Assembly: GCA_054600435.1 (NCBI GenBank)
Contig: BAAIJX010000048.1
Location: 1-64,000 of the forward strand
Source: Neophaeotheca triangularis
Lineage: Eukaryota
Length of the DNA: 64,000 nt
Direction: 5' to 3'
Below are positions 47,401 through 59,053 of this stretch, one piece after another; position 1 is the stretch's first letter; every line of letters starts with the position of its first letter. The notes under the pieces were generated by a model. The model made no database searches, was not told the origin of the DNA, and saw only the letters and a program-made list of their open reading frames with translations. A program made the position numbers and the translations under genes.

Positions 47401-49391
47401 GAGAGCAGATCCGCTTCGTCGAGAAAGTGCGTTGTCAGCATCATGGAGCGCTTGCCACGTTCGGCCAGGATGATATCCCAAATCTTCCTGCGGCTGAGGG
47501 GATCAAGACCCGAGCTAACTTCGTCGAGCATACAAAGCTTAGAGCCGCCCGTCAACATCATGCAAAGCTGGGCCTTTCTCTTTTGACCGCCGGACAAGCT
47601 CGAGGTGTGTGCATTGACCTTGTGTCCAAGATCACAGCCGTCGATGAGAGCGATGTTCTGCTCTTTGGAGTCGTAGCTGCTTGCCTTGAGTCGATTGAAG
47701 ATGCTGACGTGTTCGTACACTGAGAGTTCGTCCCAAAGCACGTTCTTCTGAGGGCATAGTCCAATGCCTCCGGTGCCATCAATGTCGATTGTGCCACTCG
47801 AAGGAGCTTGCAAGCCAGCCATCATGTCCAAAGTGGTACTCTTTCCACTTCCGTTAGCGCCCAACAGAACAACAATCTGGCCGCGAAGGACAGATACGTC
47901 GATGTTGTCAACTGCGTGTACCGATGGCCGGGGGCTTTTGGAAAGTTTACTCCAGATTGCTCGATACCAAAAGCTTGGGCGGTAAGTCTTGACCAGGTGA
48001 GAAATCTTGACGGTCTCAGAGTAGTCATCGTCAGACTTGTAGCGCAAATTCCTGGCCTTCGAAGCTGTGCCGTACAGAACTCGCTCGATCACGGCGCCAA
48101 TGAAGGGGTAAACGAGAAATTGGATAATCGCGAACACGAAAAACAAGTATCCGGGCATGCTCCAGGGCGCTCCCGGGGGTCCCTGGGAGAGGTCCATAGC
48201 TAGCGATTCCTCCTGCCAGTATGCAGCGTAGATGATAAAGAGCGTGAATTGCATCGGAGGAAAGATTAGGGACAAAATAACAATGGCGCCAGTCGTCTCG
48301 GGTGTCTGTACTTGGACAATGATGGCCAGAACAATCGACACAATGACAACTGTGATACCCGAAAGTTGCGCCTTGCGGAACAAGCTTGCAAAGGCGATTG
48401 ACCAGCTCGACAGCGCCAACCCTGCGACGATGAAGTAGCCAACGGAAATGCCAACGTTTGAGAAGTCATAGTTCAGTACTCCAACAATGACACCACCAAC
48501 GATCCACGACGGGAGATAGAGAATGTCGAAAGCCAGGTGGGTAGAGAGCAAACGAGCAGCCTGACCCTGCCAGCGCGCCCGGTTTGGCATCATGGACTCA
48601 ATCAACTGAGACATTCCCAGCTCGCGCTCCGTAGCCATAGTGCCTGTGAGCTGATAGCAGACACCCACGATACCAATGAAGTATGCCAAGCCCAGGATAT
48701 CAATAAGGGTGCCCATATAAAGCCTGGTAATGTTCCTTTCGCGCTCTTCTTGGGTGCGAGAAGTGTAGGGATACTGTTGTATGTCCGAAGGTAGTGGGTC
48801 TCCATCACTGCCTGGAAGTTGTGTGATGGCGTCGTCTATGGCGTGTTGGAGTGGCAAAATGTAGATCTCCTGGTCATTGTCCTCCTGGTCGACATAGATA
48901 TTTCCACCAAGCGCACCGTCAGCGCGCATGGTGTAATTCCATATGCCGCCATCGCCTTCATCAGGACTGGAGTTGAAGACGACTGCGCCAAAACAGGCCG
49001 AGACTCCACGAATCGTGCTAGAACAAAGATCCCGAAGCACACCTTGGTTCTCCTCTATCCGCACGTCGAAACCTTCTTGGTCGAAGGGCTGCCGAACTTG
49101 GTCAATAACATCAGAGATTGCGCCGCCGGTGAATCCACTGTTGACAAAGACGACCCTGTCGCGCCCACCTCCAACATTTTCAACCGCGTTCTGTAGTGTA
49201 CGAATAGGTCTCGGGTCGCCAATACCGAACTCGCTTGGCGGGACAAATAGGTTCTTTGCCCAAGCAATGATAAAAAAGAAAATGACGGGTGCGATGAAGG
49301 CGCGGGTGGCAGTCGAGAGCCAGTGGCGGGCGAAAGTGATAACGAGGGTCTTCTCCGTCAAGACCCACGTCTGCTTCCAGAAGTTGACCAT
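44430..49391 (-). CDS. ABC transporter, subfamily A (full length, TMD-NBD twice), 3 exons
   Basis: NBD1 has GANGSGKST, LSGGQKRK and LDEVSSGLD. NBD2 has GPNGAGKST, LSGGNKRK and LDEPSSGMD. Introns ~46050-45998 and ~45384-45315. Confidence 0.93.
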
Positions 49392-50339
49392 GATATTTCC
49401 TGCCTGGCGAGAGTCAAGTCCAGAGGAACGCAAATGTTGTCGTTGATGGTCAGAAAGGGAGGGGAGGAGTAATCAAAGTAGGACAACAGACGAAGAAGCA
49501 GGCAACGAGAGCCCAAGAGATGGTGTCTGGCGGCCAAGATGGACTGGACAGGGTGTCAAGGCGTCATATCCCTTGGCTGGGGGCGCTCGCTCGCTTCGAA
49601 GACAATGGAGAAGTTGCCGGTGCGCTGCAAAGCAGACCGAGCTGAAGTCAAAGCCAGAGTCGTCTGCAATGATATTATTGATTAACGGAAGCATTCGCTG
49701 TTGTGGCAACGCTCCCGGGCTGTGACTACTATGTACTGCTATGACACTGTGATACTATCGTTACCTTACAAGGTCAGGTACCTACTGTACCTAACGTTAC
49801 CTAGGTACTGTGCCAGCGCCACCTCAGGCTTACCTAAGTAAGGTTACAAGGTTCCTTGGAGGTTGTTGATTATTGATTACGCGGTTTCATCTCGAAGCCC
49901 GAGCCACGTTTGGCCCACTTTGGAGATGCCAAGAAGATCTCGTCTTATCGCTCATTGCCTTATCGATTGTTAAGGTTGCTGTGCGGAGCGGCTCAAACGT
50001 GCCGCGAGCCGTTCGTTCACCTGCCGTTCACCGGACGTCTTCCATGCTTGTAGGGTAAGAGCTTGGTGTGTACCCGGACTGTCAAAGTAAGGCAAGTCGT
50101 ACCTAGAGTTGACAAGCACCAACAGTATATTTCTGCATCCACGGCCTCATTGGGGTTGCTAAGACCGGAGCACGACTAAGTAGTATGAATTCGATATCCT
50201 CCCTGCGTACAATATCTTACAGCCCACCAGACCTTCCACTAACACAGGTCCACTACCAAAGTAGAGCGCAAGTAGCCTACAATCATGTCTCTATATGTAC
50301 AACCTTAGTTTTATCAGCCGAGCGACCGCCACCACGAGC

Positions 50340-51536
50340 TCACAACCTCAACACTTCCCCCTCCTGTCCAACGCCGCCCCTGAAAAGGTCCTTGATGACC
50401 TTACCCTTCAACACGGTTTCTCCAACAATACCTTCAACTTTGCCTGGATCAACCCTGCCATACCAAACACCTTTGCCAGCAAGTGGGTGCTGCTTCCAAC
50501 TGCTAGGAATATAGATTCCAACATTGCCAGCCCACTTGTGTCCTCCCATGTGACTAACCATACCCACACGTGCAGTAGGCACGTATCCATCCTTGTCGGT
50601 ATCGATTATCTCAGCTTCCGCGACAGGCGCCTCGTCCAGGAGCGCAACATTCTGTCGTTGCAACTTTTCCCTAAACTCGTCCCTCAGAATTGGGCCGAGG
50701 ATTCCACACCGGCTGTCGCGACCGCCGTGACCGCATATCAGGATGATTATTTCGTCTGCCTTTCGTGCTCCAGGGAAGGACGACTGCAGCTCTGGCTGGC
50801 GCTTGAGTATGTTTTGCTCTTGCCTCGTCAAACGCTCATGAGACTGATGGAGACGGCTGGGCAATACGAAGGCTTTGAGGAATTGCTCAACGGCGCTGGG
50901 CGTACAGGGAATGGAGGGCACGTATTGGAAGCTAGGAAGGAGAAAAGCGGAAGCTGGCGGGAGAGGTTTCGCTTCGTTTTGGTTGGTAATTTGAGGGTCT
51001 TTGCCGGGAGAGGCTACAGGGACTCCTTCGGGGGCTGAGGTAGGTTGCGTGGAACGATCGGTCTGGTGGAGGGGGGAGTGCGTGGGTTCTATAGATGAGT
51101 TGCTGATCATGACGTTGTGGTATGGCTGGTTGGTATTCATCAGCTATGCTACTATGTATCAACTCAGAAGCGTAGTACTTCCACCTACATCAGCAAACTT
51201 TCCGCCTCTTCCCAACATGCCTTTAAGCAGCCTCAAGAACCCAGCGTCTTCCTCATCTTCTATCTTGGACGTCCAATCCTCCTTGCCAGTGGAGATCAAA
51301 ACCTGCTCTGCGTAGCTCGCCAGCGAACCATTTAAGTTTTGCTCCTGTTCTATGTCCAGTCCAGAAGGCATCTCCCGACACTGACACGTTGGTGCTGGGC
51401 ATGTTGCGGTTACTGGGAATGGCGGCTTTTCGAAAGGAATGTCTATCTTTGAGGCATAAGTGCGCCGCAATGTCCGGACCGCAGGGCGAGCGAATGATTT
51501 GGCGGCACACTTGCTGCCATGGCGGAAAACGAACAT
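50340..51536 (-). CDS. AIM32: mitochondrial thioredoxin-like [2Fe-2S] ferredoxin (sucrase/ferredoxin family), 2 exons
   Basis: Arg-rich presequence, CPAPTCQC, ILICGHGGRDSRCG, SHMGGHKWAGN and WYGRV. Intron ~51188-51126. Confidence 0.85.
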
Positions 51537-51868
51537 ATTAGAGGAGATGGAATGGAGAGAGGAATGCTGAATGGACAGAGAGGAGTAAAAGCTCAGGGTT
51601 GAAGTCGATCGGGCAAATATTCGCTGAACGTCATACTGAGCTCGTTCGGGAGATCTCCAATACCGGGAGCGCCCGTTGACTGTTGACAGGTAGGTACCTA
51701 AAGCACCTGATAATTGTGTGGAGACAAGGTACCTTACCTTGCGCTTGGTAAGGTATATTCGAAGTCATCCTTGAAGGTCAATCCGGACATGCGCAGAACA
51801 GGCAGATGAGAACATGGAGAGGTGAGGGATACCGAACAGACTGGGAGACCGCAGACTCCTAAACCATC

Positions 51869-53007
51869 ATGTCCGCGACGAACACTCAGCCCGACCCGAA
51901 GCCACCTCGCTCACCCAAGTGGCCTACCCATAATGCGCCCCGCGTCTGGTTCTTGACATGCGCCAATAGTCCTGTAGGCATATCGCTTTGTCGACACCTA
52001 CTGGCGCATGGCGACTACGTGACTGCTGGAGTTTTGCCTGTCGAATTTGAAAAGCACCAGGATCGAAGCGCAGACTTCAAGGACTTTCTGGAGGAGGTTG
52101 GCACACATCAGGACAAGGAGACATGGCGCGCACGTTTGCGCGTCGTCGCGTTGGACGTTAGGATCATGGGCCAATGTCAAAGCGCCGTTGCCGAAGCTGT
52201 GCATAGTTTCGGCCGAGTGGATATACTGTTCTGCTGCCACAGCGAGGTTGTAGTAGGTACGGTTGAAGAATTGGGACAAGAAGCTAGGACTCTGAATTTG
52301 GTGCATGGTATGTCTTTCGGAGATACTGGGCCCATGAACTCGCTAACAATGCCGTAGATCAGTTCGAGACCGTCTTCTTTGGACCGGTCAACATCATCAA
52401 AGCCACTCTTCCTACGTTTCGTTCGCAAAAGAACGGCCACATTGTACTCATGACAGCCATTACCGGGCACTTAGGGACACCCGGTCTGAGCATGTATTGC
52501 GCATCGCAATGGGCGATTGAAGGATACTGCGACAGTCTGGCATACGAGATCGCACCCTTCAACATCCGCATGACCATCGTCCAGCCAAATATGGAGGTCA
52601 ACGTACTCACCCACCGCATCACGAGCGCACCGTCGATGGCCGCTTACGCAGAAGATACCAATCCAGCTCCATTGTCTCGCAATATCCTCAGCGGCTTGCT
52701 AGACAAGCTAGAGGGTAGCGATGAGCCAACAACGGGGGACCAGCTACACAGCAGCGAGGTTACAAGTTTATATCCACCCTTGAGTAGATCCATGAAGGAG
52801 CGTCTGGTCGCTGAGACTGTACACGCTGTGGCAGCTATAGGTGGACACGACCAACCTCCGGCCAGACACATCGTCGGCATGGAAGGTGTCACAAGCGTAA
52901 AGGAGAAGCTCAAGACTGTCAGTGAGGAACTCGAGGACTTTGCCGAGTGCAGCATCGCTGTCGACATTGAGAAAGACGAGTCTCCTGGATCCTCGAATCA
53001 GACGTGA
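51869..53007 (+). CDS. atypical classical-SDR family protein, 2 exons
   Basis: RVWFLT, FGRVDIL, QFETVFFGPVN, GHIV and LAYEIAPFNIRMTIVQP. Intron ~52308-52357. Confidence 0.85.
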
Positions 53008-53647
53008 AAAGGTATGCCTTTTCATCTTCATGGCGCGATGCGACCGCTTCAGGGATGACGCTCATGACACTCACTTGATACCGCGACACTGAGAACGACA
53101 TTTCAATATCCATACAGGTACCCAGACACTCTCTCTGCGGCGCCACACTGCTACCTTCGAGGCTGTACACTACTACCATAGATGAAGAGATGTTATATCC
53201 TTCCTCCAAAATAGCAACGACACAACACCCAAGCCCACCAACTACCTAGGTACTACCTCCTACTGGGAGTGTAGAATACTTAAGGAACGTTAGATCAGGT
53301 ACGGCGTGTCCCTACATAGGTACGTCTTTATCGGTCCGAGAGTCGCCAAGCCACCACTCGTTCCTTCTCTGCTCCAAATACCGACTCCACGCTTTTGGGA
53401 TCCCCGCAATTTGCGACCACCCAACCCAACCTACAACCTTCACAATCCATCTCGAGATCAGAAGCTACAATCAAAAACAAGAGCTCCTGCGATCTTCTAA
53501 AATTGCTCTTTGTCTATGCGCACCGTTCGCAGGTAGCTTAGACCCGATACACTTCGCCTTCCACCGGTCGCCGGCTACCCGATCTGTCCTCGACACCACT
53601 AAGGCGCCAAAGTGACTTGGCGTGGTGGTTGGTGCTGACTCGACATC

Positions 53648-55741
53648 ATGGCAACAAACGAGCCGTCACAACATGCGCCGCCACTGATTACACCAGAAGA
53701 TTCGCCCACTGACAGGCCTTCCAAACCATTAATTCGAAGGGCATGCGACTGTTGTCGAAAACGTAAAATCAAGTGCGACGGGAACGATCCATGCTCGCCT
53801 TGTAGAAAGGCGGCAATTCGCTGCGGATGGCTTGAACGACCACGCAAAAAGGGGCCTCGGGGCCTCCGCAGCGAAAGGGTACTCCATGCTCTGCGCCGTA
53901 TCGATGACAGTCTCGAGGGGACTTCGACGGAATTACTCACACCTCAGCAGCAGGGCCAATTTGGGAACTGGGCCTGGGGTAGGGAGGGTCATATGCAATA
54001 CACCGACGCTGGCCCCGGCTCCGCTCATGCAACTCGTGTACCGGGCGCGCCGGGAAACATCGCGCCAGATCAGACGTACTACCAGCAAATGCCCACTTCC
54101 ACGAGTTATGGCACGTCTGCGGGGGTACCTTATCCATACAGACATGAGCCGCCGCCGCAATCATGGCCACCGCATGCGGAATCATTCACAACCTCGAGCG
54201 ACCATCTGAACTCCAAATCACGGCAAACGTCTGATTCTTGTCCGACGCGTCTTCCAAACGAAATCTTCTTACCCTACGTCCAGCTCTTCTTCGAACACAT
54301 GTTCCCAATCATGCCTATTCTTGAGCACAGTTTTTACCTCGATCCAAATTTCTACCACGAAAGCAACCAACTCAGTTCTGAAACGTACGTTCTGATGTGT
54401 TCTCTTTGCGCCGCTGTATTGGTCCAGCTTGACGCTTCCACGCCTCAGCCGCCTCCTATGCATCCACATAAACGGACCGACGACATATTTGCTTCCGAGG
54501 CAACACGTGTACGACGGGATCTCGATTACATGGAAGACTCCTCCACACTCAGTGTGATGGCTTCCTTTTTCCTCTTCGCATACTACGGCAACCATGAAAA
54601 GCATGGCAAAGCCTGGTACTACCTGCAGGAGAGTATCACTTTCTCCGAGATTCTCAACATGGACGACGAGTCCTCCTACTCTGACCTGGATCCAGTTGAA
54701 GCACAATGGCGGAGACGACTGTACTGGCTCCTGTTCGTCACGGAGCGCGCTTACGCCGTGCAGCGACGGAAGCATACAAGACTGCATGCGAGCGTGCAGC
54801 TGCCACTAGTGTTTGAAAGCGAAGACCCGCAGCTTCTCAATGGCTTCGTTAACCTGGTGAACCTCTTCTCGGCGGTTGATGATAGCTTCGTTGCTGCTTG
54901 GCGAGGCAGTAGGAGAGCGAGTTTGTGCGACGAGACCTGGCTCAAAGCCACACAGCAGCAACTAGACGCGGCGGCACTTGCCATGGAAAACATGACCGAG
55001 ACTCAACATCTCGACATCAGCGTGACGAGAGAGTGGTTGCACGTTTTAGCCTGGCAGATGGGTGTCTCCAATGGCTTGATTTGGGGCAAGGGTGAAGGAG
55101 GTATGCGGCTTGATTACCCCATCGAACTGGCGAGAAAAGTCGTGGAAATCACAACCACGGCCAATGCTGTTGCATTGGATAGCCACGGCATTGGAATGGT
55201 AAGCTAGCCCGCAACACACAATCCTAGAGCGCAAGGCTAACCATGCTGTTAGGAACAAAAATTGTCAGACATAGCCGGGTGTCTCGCTGACGTGTTGAAG
55301 TGTACCGCCGGCGACACTTCCGCTACTTTCCTCGAGGGCAAGCAATACCTCTCCATCCTACTAACCCAACTATCAAGCATGCGCGGGAAAGAATCTCGCT
55401 ACCTGAAACCCTTGATGTCGAAGATGGAAGGCCTGATAGGCTACGACCTGAACCCACAACCGCCGCCACCGACGTCCACTACGCACAATATAGACCCTGT
55501 AGCTGCTGCGGCCGGGTTAAGAGTCCCCGGCGAGAGGGGCATGAGCGTCAGTTTGCAGGGTATGCAGGACGGTATGGAGATGTTGCGGAGCTTGAGCATG
55601 AGTGGAAATCTAGGAATGCCACCAATTAGTCCAGCGCCGTTGCCTACTATGGCCGTGGGCCAAGGCGGGAATTGGGGAAGGAGAGCGAGTGGGAGAGTGT
55701 ACAATGAGGAGGAGACTGCTTGGTTGGAGGAAAGGCGGTGA
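53648..55741 (+). CDS. Zn(II)2Cys6 transcription factor, MalR/AmyR/InuR(Suc1)-like, 2 exons
   Basis: RRACDCCRKRKIKCDGNDPCSPCRKAAIRC, PRKKGP and the fungal TF domain RRRLYWLLFVTERAY. DSHGIGM and EQKL join across intron ~55199-55252. Confidence 0.88.
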
Positions 55742-56497
55742 TATCGTGTTGTCCTCGTTTACTCTGGCGAATGAGATGTGAAGAGATGTTGCGTGCGAGT
55801 GTGAAAAAGCAGAGCCACGGTATCCGGGAGTTTCTTTGGCACACTCTCGTGCTATCGACCTAAATTCATCTGCAAGCCAAAGACCGCCGTGACAACACGA
55901 CATTTTGAGGGCCAACATAGCGTCCAGAGGGCAAAGGGAAGACTGTTTCGTAGTCTACTGGTCCGTACTGAGATTCACCCTGGCGACGAATACATGTAGC
56001 TTGCCTCTTAGCAGTTAGCTCGAGTAGCTGTCTTTGTCTACATTCACCTATACATCTATTGCTGAGCCCTTCGGCAAAGTCAATGGAGACGAGACCAGGG
56101 ACGCTACTAGCCACAGACACTATTTCTCCCTGGCGTTAACTAGCGTTCTTGGTGCTATACAAACTCATGTTTGCAGGGGTCGATAGGAGGCTCTTCGCCC
56201 TGCTCTACCGTGCAGTATCATGACTAGTAGAAGCGCAATGCAAGCCCTGTACTAACGAGCGTTACAAGTCAAATACTGCACAACCACTCCCACTCCAAAA
56301 GAACGCCCTGTGCGCCAGAATGTACTAGGGCTACTTGATCCAAACGTATTCACTCTTAAAAGTTCGGCACCTGGCTCGACCGCCACAATGAATCTCGCTA
56401 CATTCGAGGAATCGTCTCGTAAGACCAACATCCGAAAGACTTTGAACCGATTATCTTACAACTTCATGCCAATGTGCAGATGATATTACAGACTCTT

Positions 56498-56856
56498 TTA
56501 CTCCTTGGCATTCATATCCAAGTTGCCCAGCCCAGTCGTGTTCGTTGTCTTGCCCTCAGCGCCCGCATCCTTGTTGCCACCCTTGCCAGGAACAAGCTTA
56601 TCCACGAGCGAAGTACCCTTGCTCTTCCGCCCAGCGACGTCGGTGGCGTCATTCATCTCCTGCTTGTTCGCCTTGCTCATCTCGAGGTCGTTCTCCATCT
56701 TGTCGTTGCTTGACGCACTGGCCCCGGTCTGGCGCATTTGCTCAGCGGGTGCGCCGCCTGGTGATGAGGATTAATTAGAATGGGCTAGAGGAGGAAGTGT
56801 TGGTGAGGGAACCTACCGCCGGGGGCAGAGGCAATTTCTTCAGCTTTAGAAGGCAT
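56498..56856 (-). CDS. small (~99 aa) hydrophilic protein of unknown function, 2 exons
   Basis: ATG in good context, MPSKAEEIASAPG, GTAGGT donor, CTAAT branch point, CAG acceptor in frame with the 79 aa ORF. Pyrimidine/A-rich leader. Confidence 0.65.
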
Positions 56857-57416
56857 GGTTTTGTTATGGTTGGCTTGGTTCGGGTTGGTAATCAAGCTGC
56901 AATTTCAAAGGGTTTTGATTGATTGATTGATGAAAAAATTGGAAGAAGAGCAATAGGAGAGGATTAATTTTGTTTTCCGGTGCAAAGGGAATACGGCACC
57001 TCGCGGCATCCACCAGGGCAAAGGATAGGGTATCTTTATTACAGCTGAGTGACTTCACTCGTGACGTTGTGGTGGGGTAGCAGTTTTGCTGCTTTGCCCC
57101 CGTGGACGCGTCTTTCACGCGCGATTTCCTCCATCACCTTTACGAGCGTCGGTGGCACATTCGCTGCGTGCTCACTCTAGTCTAGCAGTCTGACAGATGA
57201 ATAAACGCACGATTGTCTGCATTAGGAAGGCATGAGGTCTACACATGGGAAGTGAAGTCCCGTCTGCGGCAAGTCCTTGGCGACGGGGGGAGCTTGGGCC
57301 TACTACCTAGGTAGTCGTTGTTCCTGCATGATTCGACCACTACAGCGTTAACACCTACATCTACATCTGGTCTTATACAACTCGTCAATCTGCCTTCTAG
57401 GTGTTAAACGTCAGAT

Positions 57417-58526
57417 ATGGCCTCCAAAGCGCCGCCTCTGGACGAGATCCAATATCGTCGACCGGACATAATAGACTTCTACGGCGGCCGCATCAATGAG
57501 AACATGCTTCACCGTTACATCTCCGAATCACCGTTCTTCGACCACACCACCAACAACGGTCTGCTGTTCGGCCAGTCGCGTACGGATCAATTCACTTTTG
57601 GCCTGGTGGAGAATCGACAAGCGCTGGAGGACAATCTCAAGAGCAAGGCCGGCACAGAGTACATGGTCGTAGCTGAGCCCCAGCCTACGGCGCAGCCATG
57701 GACAGACGCAATGGGAAGGGTGAACAAGGACAATGGGGTCTGGGTAGTGCGAAAGCAGGAGAGGGCACGAGACGGGAAGTTGACAGTGCTGGGAACCTAT
57801 TTTCTGATCGGTGACAACATGTACCAGGCGCCGAGTGTGGGTGACATTGTGGGAGGCAGATTGCTATCAGCTACGACCAGCTTGAACAAGTTCATCGACA
57901 AGGCTGCTAGTCTAGCCAACTTCACCCCTTCGACTGGCTATGCGTATCCGACTGCTTCGGCCAAGCCAACGGCGACACTTCCCTCCGCTGCGCCATCACC
58001 GTCGCGGTCTCGCGAAGGCAGTATAGCGCCCGGAGAGACGTCACGATCCGGCTCCGTCCAGCCAAGCAGTCAAACAGGTGCTCCAGCCGCAGCAGGAACA
58101 ACAGATGTTCTAGACGCACGCCTGCTTGCGAACAGCCTTCAGCTTTCTATCCAGTACGGCGACGAATACATGGACGAAAACCCCTTGATTGGCGAACCTG
58201 GCACCTTGAAATTCACCTCCTCAACTGCGGTGGTAAAAAAGCGCAAAGCGGATGAAGAAGCCGCCGTCACAGCTACAATCAAGGCGAAAGAAGCGGCGCA
58301 GGCTTCGCGCAACGGCAGTCCTGCTGCGAGCCCAAAGCCCGAGAAGGAAAAGCCTGCACCACCTCCTGCGGTCATGACAGATACGAAGGTTTCGACCAAA
58401 GGAGAGAAAGAGAAAAAGAGTAAGATGGGGGAGAAGGCGAGGAGGCGGAAAAGTAGGCCCAACGCGCAGACCCCGACGACGCCTGGTGGTGCGCTTAGCA
58501 CGACGGCGACGCCTTCGGCTAGTTGA
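57417..58526 (+). CDS. MED6: Mediator subunit 6
   Basis: PLDEIQYR, YISESPFFD, GVWVVRKQ, YFLIGDNMYQAPSV and YGDEYMDENPLIGEPG. Confidence 0.92.
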   Translation: MASKAPPLDEIQYRRPDIIDFYGGRINENMLHRYISESPFFDHTTNNGLLFGQSRTDQFTFGLVENRQALEDNLKSKAGTEYMVVAEPQPTAQPWTDAMGRVNKDNGVWVVRKQERARDGKLTVLGTYFLIGDNMYQAPSVGDIVGGRLLSATTSLNKFIDKAASLANFTPSTGYAYPTASAKPTATLPSAAPSPSRSREGSIAPGETSRSGSVQPSSQTGAPAAAGTTDVLDARLLANSLQLSIQYGDEYMDENPLIGEPGTLKFTSSTAVVKKRKADEEAAVTATIKAKEAAQASRNGSPAASPKPEKEKPAPPPAVMTDTKVSTKGEKEKKSKMGEKARRRKSRPNAQTPTTPGGALSTTATPSAS

Positions 58527-59053
58527 GGAGCGAGGGCGTGGGGTCGCGCTGAGATAGAACATGGTGTTGACTGCAATTAGCGATGGCGTTTGTGAGTGGG
58601 ATTCGAGATACCCTTGGGCTCCTAGCAGAGTACTTCTACTCAATCGAAGCAAGATGCTGAAGAGAGGTGTCTCCGTTACTACGTCGGATAGTTCGCTGGT
58701 CTGCTTGTCGCGACTATGAGGCGGGCCCCAGTCGCCTTTTTTCGAGGTGCTGGGCGTTTCGACCACGTCTAGCATATCAAAAGTAAGCAAAAGACAACTA
58801 GTAAGCAATCTGCCCACACCGCACCAAGGCATTTCACGAAAGTTCCCCGCAGGAGGACATTTGGGATGATAATTGGGTTAATAAAAGTGAGGTCCCTTAT
58901 TTGTACCTCTTGACTGCTTTCCTTGCCTTCCTTCGCGTCTGTACACCATACACCAGCAGCATCTTCATCTTGGAGAAAGGAGGTATCCTCGAGTGGCTAC
59001 CGGATAAGAATATAAGAGTGCCCGAGAGCCGAGAATCGCCTGGGGTGCCGCCC

